Origin: an uncultured Candidatus Saccharibacteria bacterium
GTDB taxonomy: Bacteria > Patescibacteriota > Minisyncoccia > Minisyncoccales > JANBVM01
Direction: 5' to 3'
DNA: 57,340 bases
Assembly (NCBI GenBank): GCA_964514375.1
Contig: CAZEQH010000005.1
Span: 1-57,340 of the forward strand
Below are positions 28,038 through 36,889 of the stretch, piece by piece. The notes below the pieces were generated by a model. That model was not told the DNA's origin. It did not search any database and saw only the letters and a program-made list of their open reading frames with translations. Position numbers and translations under genes: made by a program. The first letter of the stretch is position 1. The number at the start of each line of letters is the position of its first letter.

Positions 28038-28727
28038 GTGAAGGAGTTTTCAAAATTTGAAAAAGGATTAAGTATTAATTTTAAAAACCGTGATTTGCTG
28101 ACCCAGGCTTTTGTCCATAGGTCTTATCAGAACGAGCATCCTGATTTTCATCTTTCCAATAACGAACGGCTGGAATTCTTGGGCGATGCAGTACTGGAGC
28201 TGGTGGTAACAGAGGATCTTTTCCAGAAATATCCGGATAAACCCGAAGGAGAGCTTACTAATTGGAGAGCATCCCTGGTGAACTCCAAGATACTCTCCCG
28301 AATCGCCAGGAGATTGGGATTTAACGATTTTCTTCTGCTTTCCCGGGGAGAATCAAAGGAAATAGGTAAGGCCAGGAAATATATCTTAGCCAATACCTTT
28401 GAGGCAGTCATCGGCGCCATCTATCTTGACCAGGGATACGAAGTTTGTCAGGATTTCATTATAAAGAACCTTATGGGGGAGCTTCCTCAGATAATAGAGA
28501 AGGGTCTATATAAGGACTCCAAATCACGTTTCCAGGAAGAAGCACAAGAGAAGGTGGGGATTACCCCTACTTACCGGGTGTTGAAAGAATGGGGTCCCGA
28601 CCACGCCAAAAGTTTCGTGGTAGGAGTATTTTTAGGCAAAGAGCTAATAGCCGAAGGCGACGGTTCCTCCAAACAGGAGGCTGAAGAATCATCCGCCCGC
28701 CAAGCACTAGAAAGTAAACAATGGTAA
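28038..28727 (+). CDS. rnc: Ribonuclease III
   Basis: NERLEFLGDAVL, dsRBD KSRFQEEAQ. Confidence 0.97.
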   Translation: MKEFSKFEKGLSINFKNRDLLTQAFVHRSYQNEHPDFHLSNNERLEFLGDAVLELVVTEDLFQKYPDKPEGELTNWRASLVNSKILSRIARRLGFNDFLLLSRGESKEIGKARKYILANTFEAVIGAIYLDQGYEVCQDFIIKNLMGELPQIIEKGLYKDSKSRFQEEAQEKVGITPTYRVLKEWGPDHAKSFVVGVFLGKELIAEGDGSSKQEAEESSARQALESKQW

Positions 28728-28741
28728 ACCAGTAAAAAAAT

Positions 28742-29380
28742 ATGTTAATGATAAGATTATTCCGTGTAGGAAAAAGGAATCAGCCGATTTTTAAGATAGT
28801 AGTTACGGAAAAAAGGAACTCTCCGAAGAGAGGGCGTTTTACTGAGGAAATCGGTTTTGTAAACCCTTTAACCAAGGAAAAGAAAATAAATAAAGAGAGA
28901 GCAAGTTACTGGCTGTCGGTGGGGGCTCAGCCTTCAGCTACGGTATATAATCTTTTGATAGATGAGAAAATTATAAAGGGACAGAAAAAGAGAAAGCACG
29001 GAAAATCCAAGAAGAAAGTTTCTGCTGAAACTTCAGAAGAACAGGAAGTTAAAGCTGGAGCTGCAGAAGGGGAACAGGCAAAGGAGAAATCCAAGGAAGA
29101 AATTAAGGAGGAAGCGAAGGAAAAAACTCCCGAGGAAAAACCGGAAACCCCTATCAAGGAAGAGGAAAAAGAGCCCCAGGAGAAGGCTCAGGGACCAGAG
29201 CAGGAAAAAGAATCTGGCGCAGAACCAAAAGAAAAAAAAGAAACAGTTGAGGATAATAAAGAGATTGAAGCCCCCGAGAAGAAAGAAGAAATAGAGGCGC
29301 CGGAAAAAGGAGAAGAAAAAAGAGAAGAAAAAAGAGAAGAAGAACCTTCTGGAGAACGGGAAAATATAGAGGAAAAATAA
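28742..29380 (+). CDS. rpsP: 30S ribosomal protein S16 with long Glu/Lys-rich tail
   Basis: IRLFRVGKRNQP, GRFTEEIG, WLSVGAQPS. Confidence 0.93.
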   Translation: MLMIRLFRVGKRNQPIFKIVVTEKRNSPKRGRFTEEIGFVNPLTKEKKINKERASYWLSVGAQPSATVYNLLIDEKIIKGQKKRKHGKSKKKVSAETSEEQEVKAGAAEGEQAKEKSKEEIKEEAKEKTPEEKPETPIKEEEKEPQEKAQGPEQEKESGAEPKEKKETVEDNKEIEAPEKKEEIEAPEKGEEKREEKREEEPSGERENIEEK

Positions 29381-29479
29381 CCATTATTTTCGAGTTAATT
29401 CTATGAAATGAACGGAATCACCGTTCATTTTTGTGTAATAAATATCGTCTTTAGACGTCATACTATAAAGAGCACTAAT

Positions 29480-29637
29480 ATGGCCGAATTTTACTTACCA
29501 TTGTTATTTTTCTATTTTTTACCAAGAGGCCTTTTCGTCACTGCCACTACCTCTTCTTAGTGAGGTTGGTTTGTAGTTTAAATAAAAAAGTATATAACAC
29601 TGAAAAACAAACCAACCTCTCTGCGAAGAGGTTTTTT
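29480..29637 (+). promoter_or_regulatory. Attenuator-like leader (26-aa ORF 29480-29560 plus alternative hairpins), homologous to the thrS leader
   Basis: ORF ends GTC ACT GCC ACT ACC TCT TCT TAG; 13-bp 2:3 helix; AACCTCT/AGAGGTT terminator plus T tract. Confidence 0.7.
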
Positions 29638-29675
29638 CGTACTTTTACAATCAAAAATAAAGAGGTGAAAGCCGA

Positions 29676-29915
29676 ATGGAAAGCGAATTGGTATCAGTTA
29701 AGGATTTATTAATAGGAAGAGCCATTGTCGATATAAAGGAAATATCAGATAACCAGGGATGCAATATTATTAAATTTTGCCTGGATAATAACAGTGTCCT
29801 GGAGATGGGCATGAAAGACGGGATAAGAGACAACGGTATTTATCTGTACTCCTATTTATCTTTGGACGGCCGGGAAATATATAATGACGTTGACGGCCAA
29901 ATCAGCTCCTTCTAA
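29676..29915 (+). CDS. Hypothetical protein (79 aa)
   Basis: ORF with GAGGTG SD; followed by terminator 29927-29947. Confidence 0.6.
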   Translation: MESELVSVKDLLIGRAIVDIKEISDNQGCNIIKFCLDNNSVLEMGMKDGIRDNGIYLYSYLSLDGREIYNDVDGQISSF

Positions 29916-30050
29916 AGAATAATATTAAGGCCTTTCAGGCCTTTTTTATTACCTAATTCACTGTTTGGGCGGATGCCGAAGAACTCAGCCTGTTTCTCCC
30001 GTCGGGCGGGAGCGTAGTCGTTTATCCTGAACGAAGTCGAAGGAAATCCG

Positions 30051-30078
30051 TTGACAAATCATACTAAAATGTTATAAT
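30051..30078 (+). promoter_or_regulatory. Sigma70 promoter with extended -10
   Basis: TTGACA-16-TATAAT with TGn. Confidence 0.75.
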
Positions 30079-30313
30079 ATTAATAGTCGCGACTGGACAG
30101 AATCAAATAAAGATTCCCTTTCCTACACCATTCACGTAATGGTAGGGAAAGGGATGGAGGAGGGAGCACTTTTTATTACAAAATATAATCTCCTCCATCC
30201 CTTTCCCTATAGAGGGAATTGTTCTTTATAAGGAAAAAAGGGAAGAACCCTCGGATGGTGTAATTTGTTCGCTGAAAAAGAGAGGATAAATTACACCATC
30301 TGAGGTAAACTAG

Positions 30314-30595
30314 ATGAAAGAAAAAGTTTTTAAAGATGAGAAAGACATAGAAATATTCAGAAGGATCAGTATGCCTAACGTAGAAGATCTTTTGGATATA
30401 GAGATAGAAATCAAAAACCTGTCCAGTTTTTTCAACGAAGAGAGAGTTATGAAGGCGGTTGAAAAATTGATTATCCGCTTTGCCAGGATGGTTATTGTGT
30501 CTGGTATCACAACAGATCTCTTGGGGGACTGGTCAATGTTGGATAGAATAGACTCGTTTATAGAAGAGCTCAACAAAGAGTTAACATTATTTTAA
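30314..30595 (+). CDS. Hypothetical protein (93 aa)
   Basis: ORF with GAGGT SD buried in a long hairpin. Confidence 0.6.
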   Translation: MKEKVFKDEKDIEIFRRISMPNVEDLLDIEIEIKNLSSFFNEERVMKAVEKLIIRFARMVIVSGITTDLLGDWSMLDRIDSFIEELNKELTLF

Positions 30596-30782
30596 AATCT
30601 TCCTTTTTTCTTTTTTAATATTAACCCTGAGCTTGTCGAAGGGTTGACAAAGTCATCATAAACATTAATAATTTTAGTAGGCAGTAGCTTTTTTCTGAAT
30701 AGCCGTTTCTCCGAAATGATGGGAAACAGTTAGGCTGAAAGGTCGGGCTACTGGGAAAATACGAACGAATTCTGTTGGAACT

Positions 30783-31094
30783 ATGACAAAAGATTCAATT
30801 GACAAGGAATTTCTTGAGTATATTGTCAAAGCCTTAGTCGATAATCCCAGCGACGTCAAAGTTGATAGAAAAGTTGACGAAATGGGCGTATTACTTTCCC
30901 TGAAAGTAAACCCCGAAGATATGGGCCAAATTATCGGTAAGGGCGGCTCTACTGCTAGAGCTATCAGGAATCTGGTTCGGATTGTTGGGCTGAAGAATCA
31001 CGCCCGCGTGAACCTCAAAATAGAGGAACCAGAAGGCTCTGCTAAAGGAAAAAAGTCCTCAGCAGACGAAAGTCTTGAAGACTTAAAACTGTAA
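30783..31094 (+). CDS. khpA: KH-domain RNA-binding protein (KhpA/YlqC family)
   Basis: LEYIVKALVDNP, DMGQIIGKGGSTARAIR; in the rpsP-trmD neighbourhood. Confidence 0.88.
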   Translation: MTKDSIDKEFLEYIVKALVDNPSDVKVDRKVDEMGVLLSLKVNPEDMGQIIGKGGSTARAIRNLVRIVGLKNHARVNLKIEEPEGSAKGKKSSADESLEDLKL

Positions 31095-31160
31095 ATCTTA
31101 AACTCGATTTACTTTGCGAGAAAGCGATGCTATAATTATTAGCATCGTTTTCTTGTGTTT

Positions 31161-31859
31161 ATGCTGAAAATTGATATCGTTAGTATTTTCCCGGAAATAT
31201 TTGACCCTTTCCTTAAGACAAGCCTGATAAACAGGGCACAGAAAAAGGGGCTTCTTGGAATTGAAGTACACAATCTGAGAGACTGGACCGAAGATAATCA
31301 CCAGACGGTTGACGACAGGCCCTATGGGGGAGGTATCGGCATGGTGATGAAAGTTGAGCCCATATTTCGGGCCGTGAAAGACATCAAAAAATTAAAGCGG
31401 ACCAGTAAAAGAAAAGTCATCCTGTTTTCTCCCCGCGGAAAGAAGTTCAATCAGAAAGCAGCCCATTCTTTAAGCAGATTAAATCATATTATTATGCTGT
31501 GCGGAAGATACGAGGGGGTGGATGAGAGGGTGGCTAAGAATATAGCAGATGTCGAACTTTCCATAGGAGATTACGTTTTGATGGGAGGGGAATTACCTGC
31601 TATGGTGGTAATGGAATCTTTGGCTCGCCTCATTCCCGGCGTGCTGGGAAAACCCGCCTTTCTAAAGGAAAGAGTGACCAAGCAGAAAGGGTTTGTAGAA
31701 TATCCGCAGTATACTCGTCCCGAAGTATTCAGTCCGGGTCCTCGGCAGAGTAAAAGCAAGAAAACAGCGAAATGGAAAGTACCCGAGGTCTTGCTTACAG
31801 GCGATCACAAGAAGATTCAAGAATGGAGAGAAGAGCACTCTAAAGTTATTGAGGAATAG
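31161..31859 (+). CDS. trmD: tRNA (guanine-N1)-methyltransferase
   Basis: [42 protein letters not shown]. Confidence 0.97.
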   Translation: MLKIDIVSIFPEIFDPFLKTSLINRAQKKGLLGIEVHNLRDWTEDNHQTVDDRPYGGGIGMVMKVEPIFRAVKDIKKLKRTSKRKVILFSPRGKKFNQKAAHSLSRLNHIIMLCGRYEGVDERVAKNIADVELSIGDYVLMGGELPAMVVMESLARLIPGVLGKPAFLKERVTKQKGFVEYPQYTRPEVFSPGPRQSKSKKTAKWKVPEVLLTGDHKKIQEWREEHSKVIEE

Positions 31860-31972
31860 GTTGAAATTCCGATTAAAATAATGTAAGGTGATAAATTGAG
31901 AAAACGTTAGAAACCGTGGGTTTCTAAAGAGCGAAGCCTTTAAGGCTGAGCGACTGATTACATATTACCACA

Positions 31973-32054
31973 GGGTGGTTGGCGGAGCAGCTATCGCACC
32001 AGTCTGTAAAACTGGCGTCTTATGACTTCGGGGGTGCAAGTCCCTCACCACCCA
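31973..32054 (+). tRNA. tRNA-Tyr(GTA)
   Basis: GGGTGGT/ACCACCC acceptor, CCAGT-CTGTAAA-ACTGG anticodon arm, long variable arm. Confidence 0.92.
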
Positions 32055-32216
32055 CACAAAGAGATATTAGTACGCTCGCCTTGCGAGCTTTAGTAGATGA
32101 GTAAAGAGAACTTATTTGCTTATTAACTCATCTCCCCATCTGCTCATTAACTAATAAACTTTTAATTACACGGTAATTACAAGGAGCGTAACGACTGATT
32201 CCTATTACTAGTTATC

Positions 32217-32289
32217 GCCGATGTAGCTCAGTTGGCAGAGCACCTCCATGGTAAGGAGTAGGTCGCCAGTTCAAGTCTGGCCATCGGCT
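32217..32289 (+). tRNA. tRNA-Thr(GGT)
   Basis: GCCGATG/CATCGGC acceptor, loop ATGGTAA, T arm GTTCAAGT. Confidence 0.92.
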
Positions 32290-32383
32290 CATAAATGTGT
32301 ATTGTTTAAATTAGAAACATAACCTGGAGTTTTGAAAATTAATCCTGAATTAGAGGGATTTAATTCGAAATTCTTCTACGGGG

Positions 32384-32545
32384 ATGCCGAAAAAAAAGAA
32401 ACCATACGTAAAAATGAAGTGTACCATTTGCAAGAGGGTGAACTATTACACCCGCAAATCCCAAAAAATGATAGGGGAAAAGTTAGAGTTGAAAAAGTAC
32501 TGCAAATGGTGCAAGAAACATACCCTTCATAAGGAGGCGAAATAA
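32384..32545 (+). CDS. rpmG: 50S ribosomal protein L33, Zn-binding form (missed by the ORF track)
   Basis: [25 protein letters not shown]...[20 protein letters not shown]; lies before tRNA-Trp. Confidence 0.93.
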   Translation: MPKKKKPYVKMKCTICKRVNYYTRKSQKMIGEKLELKKYCKWCKKHTLHKEAK

Positions 32546-32577
32546 TCCTGTGTTTATAGTTTAGTATTTGACTATAT

Positions 32578-32651
32578 GGGGGCGTCGGTTAATAGGCAAA
32601 CCACCGGTCTCCAAAACCGGCATACTGGGGGTTCAATTCCCTCCGCCCCTG
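32578..32651 (+). tRNA. tRNA-Trp(CCA)
   Basis: GGGGGCG/CGCCCCT acceptor, CCGGT-CTCCAAA-ACCGG anticodon arm. Confidence 0.93.
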
Positions 32652-32873
32652 CAACCCTTCGCTAAAGCTACGGAATTGCTTCGGGGCTTTAAAATAAGAT
32701 ATCCGCATAGTCAATCAGGTGTTCTGAAGCTTTAGCGAAAGACACCTCTCCGCCCCTGCTTGTCTCGCCGGAGCCTTGTAGGGCGAAGGTGGGCCTTTCT
32801 TAAATGGCGTGGAAACACGTCATTTATTCTTCTCTTAAAGGGTATCTTCGTGTTATAATAACGTAGTAAAGAT

Positions 32874-33203
32874 ATGAATCTTCCCAAGCTGAATAAAACT
32901 AAAATTCTACTTACCGTCCCATTAGCCGTTATTTCTCTGAAAATATATCTAGGAGCTGTTTTTGGATATTTTTTTGCCAGGTTTATGGCCGAGCATCTGG
33001 ATTCAGTTATTCTTTCATTCGGTAGCTACCACCTGCATTTTCACCATTGGATGATGGGCTCGATAGGAGTATTATTTTTCCTGTTGTACGAATTTACTCC
33101 TTCAATAGAGCATTTCATCTTCGGATTCTTAGGAGGATTAATCTTCCAAGGGGTGACTTCTTATCCTGATTGGTATCGCATACTTAGAAAGGGTCAAGAT
33201 TAA
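32874..33203 (+). CDS. Small membrane protein
   Basis: Hydrophobic ORF with HLHFHHW motif. Confidence 0.65.
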   Translation: MNLPKLNKTKILLTVPLAVISLKIYLGAVFGYFFARFMAEHLDSVILSFGSYHLHFHHWMMGSIGVLFFLLYEFTPSIEHFIFGFLGGLIFQGVTSYPDWYRILRKGQD

Positions 33204-33280
33204 TTTTTTTAAAATATATTATAATTATTAAAGTACGAAAGTACCACTAATTTATAATTAAAAAATAATTTTTCACTTTT

Positions 33281-34888
33281 ATGAATAAAGCAATCATTTT
33301 CTTAATAGTCGTTGTGGTGGCAGCAGGGGTTATCTATCAGACCCTAGTCAGGAAGTCTGAGCCGGAATTCAAGACGGCCGAGGTTGCCCGGGGGCAGGTA
33401 GTTCAGGAAGTTTCGGAAACAGGACAGGTGGAAAAAGGTGACAAAATAAACTTAAACTTTCAGCTTTCCGGTACCATTAAGGATATTTACTTGGAAGTGG
33501 GGGATGAGGTGCAGAAAGGAGACATTCTTGCCAAGCTTGATGATGAGCAATTAAGAATCAGGATAAACGATGCCGAAGCGGCCTTGGATCTGGCAGACGC
33601 CCAGTTCAATAAACTCCTGGCCGGGGCCACCCCTCAGGAAATAAAGATTGCCGAGACATCTGTTAAAAATGCTCAGACTGCCCTCTCCTCAGCCCAACAG
33701 GGCCTTAATGATGTTAAGGCTCAGGCTGCAGAAGGCCTTGAATCTGCATACGAAGACTCCTTGAATTTATTAGATGATGCTTCTCTTCAGCTTGCCAACA
33801 GTTATCATTTAGCTGATTCTGTCCAGACCACTTATTTTAAAGCCAGCGATCAGGAAGGCATAAAGGTGCAAAATCAGGCCCAGGAGATAAGGATGGCTCA
33901 GAACGAATTTAATCCTGTTAACAGCAAGGCTCAGGTCTCAGGGGAGGAACAGGATATTGACGCAGCCCTTATTTCAGCCCAGCAAGCACTAGGAAGGGTT
34001 TCAGAAGCTCTAAAAACCATCAGACAGGCCTGTACCGGTCTTACTTATAAAAACCTTGTTTCATCAGCAGATAAAACCTTGCTGGAGACCCAGCAGGGTT
34101 ATGTGCTTGCGTCCTTGACCAACATAGTCAATTCACAACAGGCTGTGGCTTCGGCCAGATTAAGTAATCAGACGAACGTAAATACAGCCCAGGCCAAGGT
34201 GGAAGTTTCTTCCGGTCAGCTTGCCGCGGCTCAGGACGAACTAGACAGATTAAAAGCGCCTCCCCGGCAGGAGGACGTCAATCTATATCAGGCTCAGGTT
34301 AAACAGGCCAGAAGTCAGATTACTTTGCTGGAAAACCAATTGGAAGAAACATTACTTACCAGTCCTTCTTCCGGCCAGATTGTCCAGATTAATAGAAGAA
34401 AGGGGGAGGTGGTCCAGTCCGCTTTACAGGAGCCGGTTATGGTGCTTCTGCCTCAGGACCCATTTGTTATAAAGGTGGACATTTATGAGGAAGACGTAGC
34501 CCATATGAGCCTCGGCAATCCCGTATCCATCTCTTTAGTGGCTTTTCCTGACCAGAGCATTGAAGGCGAAGTGGTGGCCATAGATCCGGCTGAGAAAATG
34601 ATAGAAGGAGTAGTTTATTACGAGGTGACCGTAGATTTTTCTCAGGTTCCCGAAGGAATCAAGCCTGGTATGACAGCAGACTTGATTATTACGACCCAGG
34701 TTAAGGACAACGTGTTGTTTGTGCCGGATGAAGCGATTCAGCAGCGGGACGGAAATACCGCCGTTATTGAGATAATGGATTCTGGCAAACCACGGGAAAT
34801 AACCGTGGAGCTTGGTTTAAAAGGGAGTTCTGACCGCCAGGAAATACTATCCGGGCTCAGCGAAGGAGATTTGGTGGTGATAAGATAA
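33281..34888 (+). CDS. Efflux periplasmic adaptor (HlyD/MacA-like)
   Basis: N-terminal TM, VGDEVQKGDILAKLD lipoyl half, long coiled coil, beta-barrel IKPGMTAD. Confidence 0.88.
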   Translation: MNKAIIFLIVVVVAAGVIYQTLVRKSEPEFKTAEVARGQVVQEVSETGQVEKGDKINLNFQLSGTIKDIYLEVGDEVQKGDILAKLDDEQLRIRINDAEAALDLADAQFNKLLAGATPQEIKIAETSVKNAQTALSSAQQGLNDVKAQAAEGLESAYEDSLNLLDDASLQLANSYHLADSVQTTYFKASDQEGIKVQNQAQEIRMAQNEFNPVNSKAQVSGEEQDIDAALISAQQALGRVSEALKTIRQACTGLTYKNLVSSADKTLLETQQGYVLASLTNIVNSQQAVASARLSNQTNVNTAQAKVEVSSGQLAAAQDELDRLKAPPRQEDVNLYQAQVKQARSQITLLENQLEETLLTSPSSGQIVQINRRKGEVVQSALQEPVMVLLPQDPFVIKVDIYEEDVAHMSLGNPVSISLVAFPDQSIEGEVVAIDPAEKMIEGVVYYEVTVDFSQVPEGIKPGMTADLIITTQVKDNVLFVPDEAIQQRDGNTAVIEIMDSGKPREITVELGLKGSSDRQEILSGLSEGDLVVIR

Positions 34889-34902
34889 GGAGGTTTTGGA
34901 AT

Positions 34903-35625
34903 ATGTCCAATGAGCCTTTGATTAAATTAGAAAAAATATTCAAGACGTATCAATTAGGCAAGACTGACATAGCCGTTTTAAAGGGTTTAGACCTTAATAT
35001 CAGGGAGGGTAGTTTTGCAGTGATTTTGGGGCCTTCCGGTTCTGGTAAATCGACTCTTCTTAATATCGTGGGCCTGCTGGACACTCCCGATGCAGGGAAA
35101 GTCTTTTTTAAAGGACGTGATACATCTCACCTTTCTGGAGATGATTTGGCAGAGATAAGAGGCGGGAGCATAGGTTTTGTTTTTCAGCAGTTTAATCTCT
35201 TGTCCAACCTGACGGCCTTGGAGAATGTGATGATTCCAATGCTTTTTCAGGATATCGAGGAAAAGAAGAGAGTGGCAAGGGCGGAAAACCTGCTTTCTTC
35301 CATGGGTTTGGCCGAAAGATTGGATCACCGTCCATCAGAAATGTCTGGAGGGGAGCAGCAGAGGGTAGCGATTGCCAGGTCTTTAGCCAATCAGCCGGAT
35401 GTTATAGTGGCAGACGAGCCAACGGGAAACCTGGATTCCACCACCGGCAAGATTATTATGGAAATCTTGATAGACCTCCACAAAAAAGAGAAGAAGACCA
35501 TTATCGTGGTTACCCATGACCCGACCATAGCAGACTACGGAGAGGAAACCATACGGATTAAAGACGGCATGCTTCTGAAAGACCATAAGCATGAAGAAGA
35601 AGTGGTCTGGGAAGAAAAAAAATAG
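34903..35625 (+). CDS. ABC transporter ATP-binding protein (MacB/LolD-like)
   Basis: GPSGSGKST, MSGGEQQRVAIAR, ADEPTGNLD. Confidence 0.93.
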   Translation: MSNEPLIKLEKIFKTYQLGKTDIAVLKGLDLNIREGSFAVILGPSGSGKSTLLNIVGLLDTPDAGKVFFKGRDTSHLSGDDLAEIRGGSIGFVFQQFNLLSNLTALENVMIPMLFQDIEEKKRVARAENLLSSMGLAERLDHRPSEMSGGEQQRVAIARSLANQPDVIVADEPTGNLDSTTGKIIMEILIDLHKKEKKTIIVVTHDPTIADYGEETIRIKDGMLLKDHKHEEEVVWEEKK

Positions 35626-35633
35626 GATAAAAT

Positions 35634-36851
35634 ATGAGCCTTAAAGAATATTTTAAAATTGCAATAAAGAATCTGATGACCAGGCCCCTGAGAAGCTGGC
35701 TGACTATTCTGGGGATTGTTATCGGGGTTTTTCTGATAACTTCACTTCTTTCTATTAGTGAGGGGCTGCAGAATACGATTATGAAAGAACTTAAAATGAT
35801 AGGAAAAGACATTGTCATTATTGTTCCCGGAGAAGCTACCAATTTCGTTACGGCTTTTCTTGGACATCTTAAGTTGAGTGACGAAGACCTCAAGGCCATC
35901 AGGAAGACGGAAGGCGTGGAGGCTGTAGTGCCCGTCATAGATAAAACCGAAATTGTCAGATACAGAGGCGAAAGCAAGCCCATTCTGATATCCGGGTCTG
36001 ATTGGAGGAATTCCCTGGAGATTTACCAGACAGACATGGGTCTTTCATTAAAAGAGGGAAGATGGCCTGTGGCCGGAAAGAAAGAGGTGGTGGTTGGCAG
36101 TTTAATTCCAGAGGAAATCTTTAAAGATTTGATAATAAACACCTACCTCAGCATCCAGGGCAGAAACTATGAGATAGTGGGAATACTTAATTCCATGGGT
36201 TCGAAAATGGACGATTCTCTTGTCCATCTGGATGCGGATATTTTCAAGGAAATAACCGGAGAAAGGAAAGGAGCCAATCAGGCCTTGGCTAAAATAAAGT
36301 CTGGCTATTCTCCGGAGACGGTTGCTGAGAACATCAAAGAGAATCTGAAGGAAGTGCAGAAAAGAAGACAGGGACAGGATGAAATTCCATTTTCCGTCTT
36401 AACCAGTGAAAAAGTGGGAGGTATTGTGAGTAATGTTACCGGAGTGATTCAACTGGCAGTTTTCAGTTTCGCCAGCATAGCCATCGCCGTCGGAGGAATC
36501 GGCATTATGAACACTATGTATACTTCCGTTCATGAAAGGACCAGGGAAATAGGTATCCTAAAAGCGGTGGGAGCCAAGAGCTCTGTCATTACTTTTTTAT
36601 TCCTTGTAGAGTCGGGAATCATAGGAGTAGTTGGGGGATTGGGAGGTCTTTTGCCGGGATTGGCTTTAGCAAAACTGATTGAAAGCGTGGCTCAAGTGCA
36701 TCCTGTATTTTATATCGAAGCTTCTTTTTCACCATTTATCCTTTTCTTTGGAGTGTCATTTTCATTCTTTGTCGGATGTCTGTCGGGATTTTTGCCGGCC
36801 AGGAGGGCGGCCTCATTAAAGCCTGTTGATGCACTAAGAAGTTATGAATAA
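35634..36851 (+). CDS. ABC transporter permease (MacB/FtsX-like)
   Basis: RSWLTILGIVIG, GGIGIMNTMYTSVHERTREIGILKAVGA. Confidence 0.92.
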   Translation: MSLKEYFKIAIKNLMTRPLRSWLTILGIVIGVFLITSLLSISEGLQNTIMKELKMIGKDIVIIVPGEATNFVTAFLGHLKLSDEDLKAIRKTEGVEAVVPVIDKTEIVRYRGESKPILISGSDWRNSLEIYQTDMGLSLKEGRWPVAGKKEVVVGSLIPEEIFKDLIINTYLSIQGRNYEIVGILNSMGSKMDDSLVHLDADIFKEITGERKGANQALAKIKSGYSPETVAENIKENLKEVQKRRQGQDEIPFSVLTSEKVGGIVSNVTGVIQLAVFSFASIAIAVGGIGIMNTMYTSVHERTREIGILKAVGAKSSVITFLFLVESGIIGVVGGLGGLLPGLALAKLIESVAQVHPVFYIEASFSPFILFFGVSFSFFVGCLSGFLPARRAASLKPVDALRSYE

Positions 36852-36889
36852 ATTTAATTTAAGAACATTTTATTATAATTATTAAAAAT

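Noticed and set aside
29967-29978. glmS ribozyme (GGCGGATGCC)
   Set aside because: Only a 10-nt match, with no other conserved elements and no glmS gene
32332-32532. 66-aa ORF from the track
   Set aside because: Out-of-frame shadow of rpmG (32384-32545)
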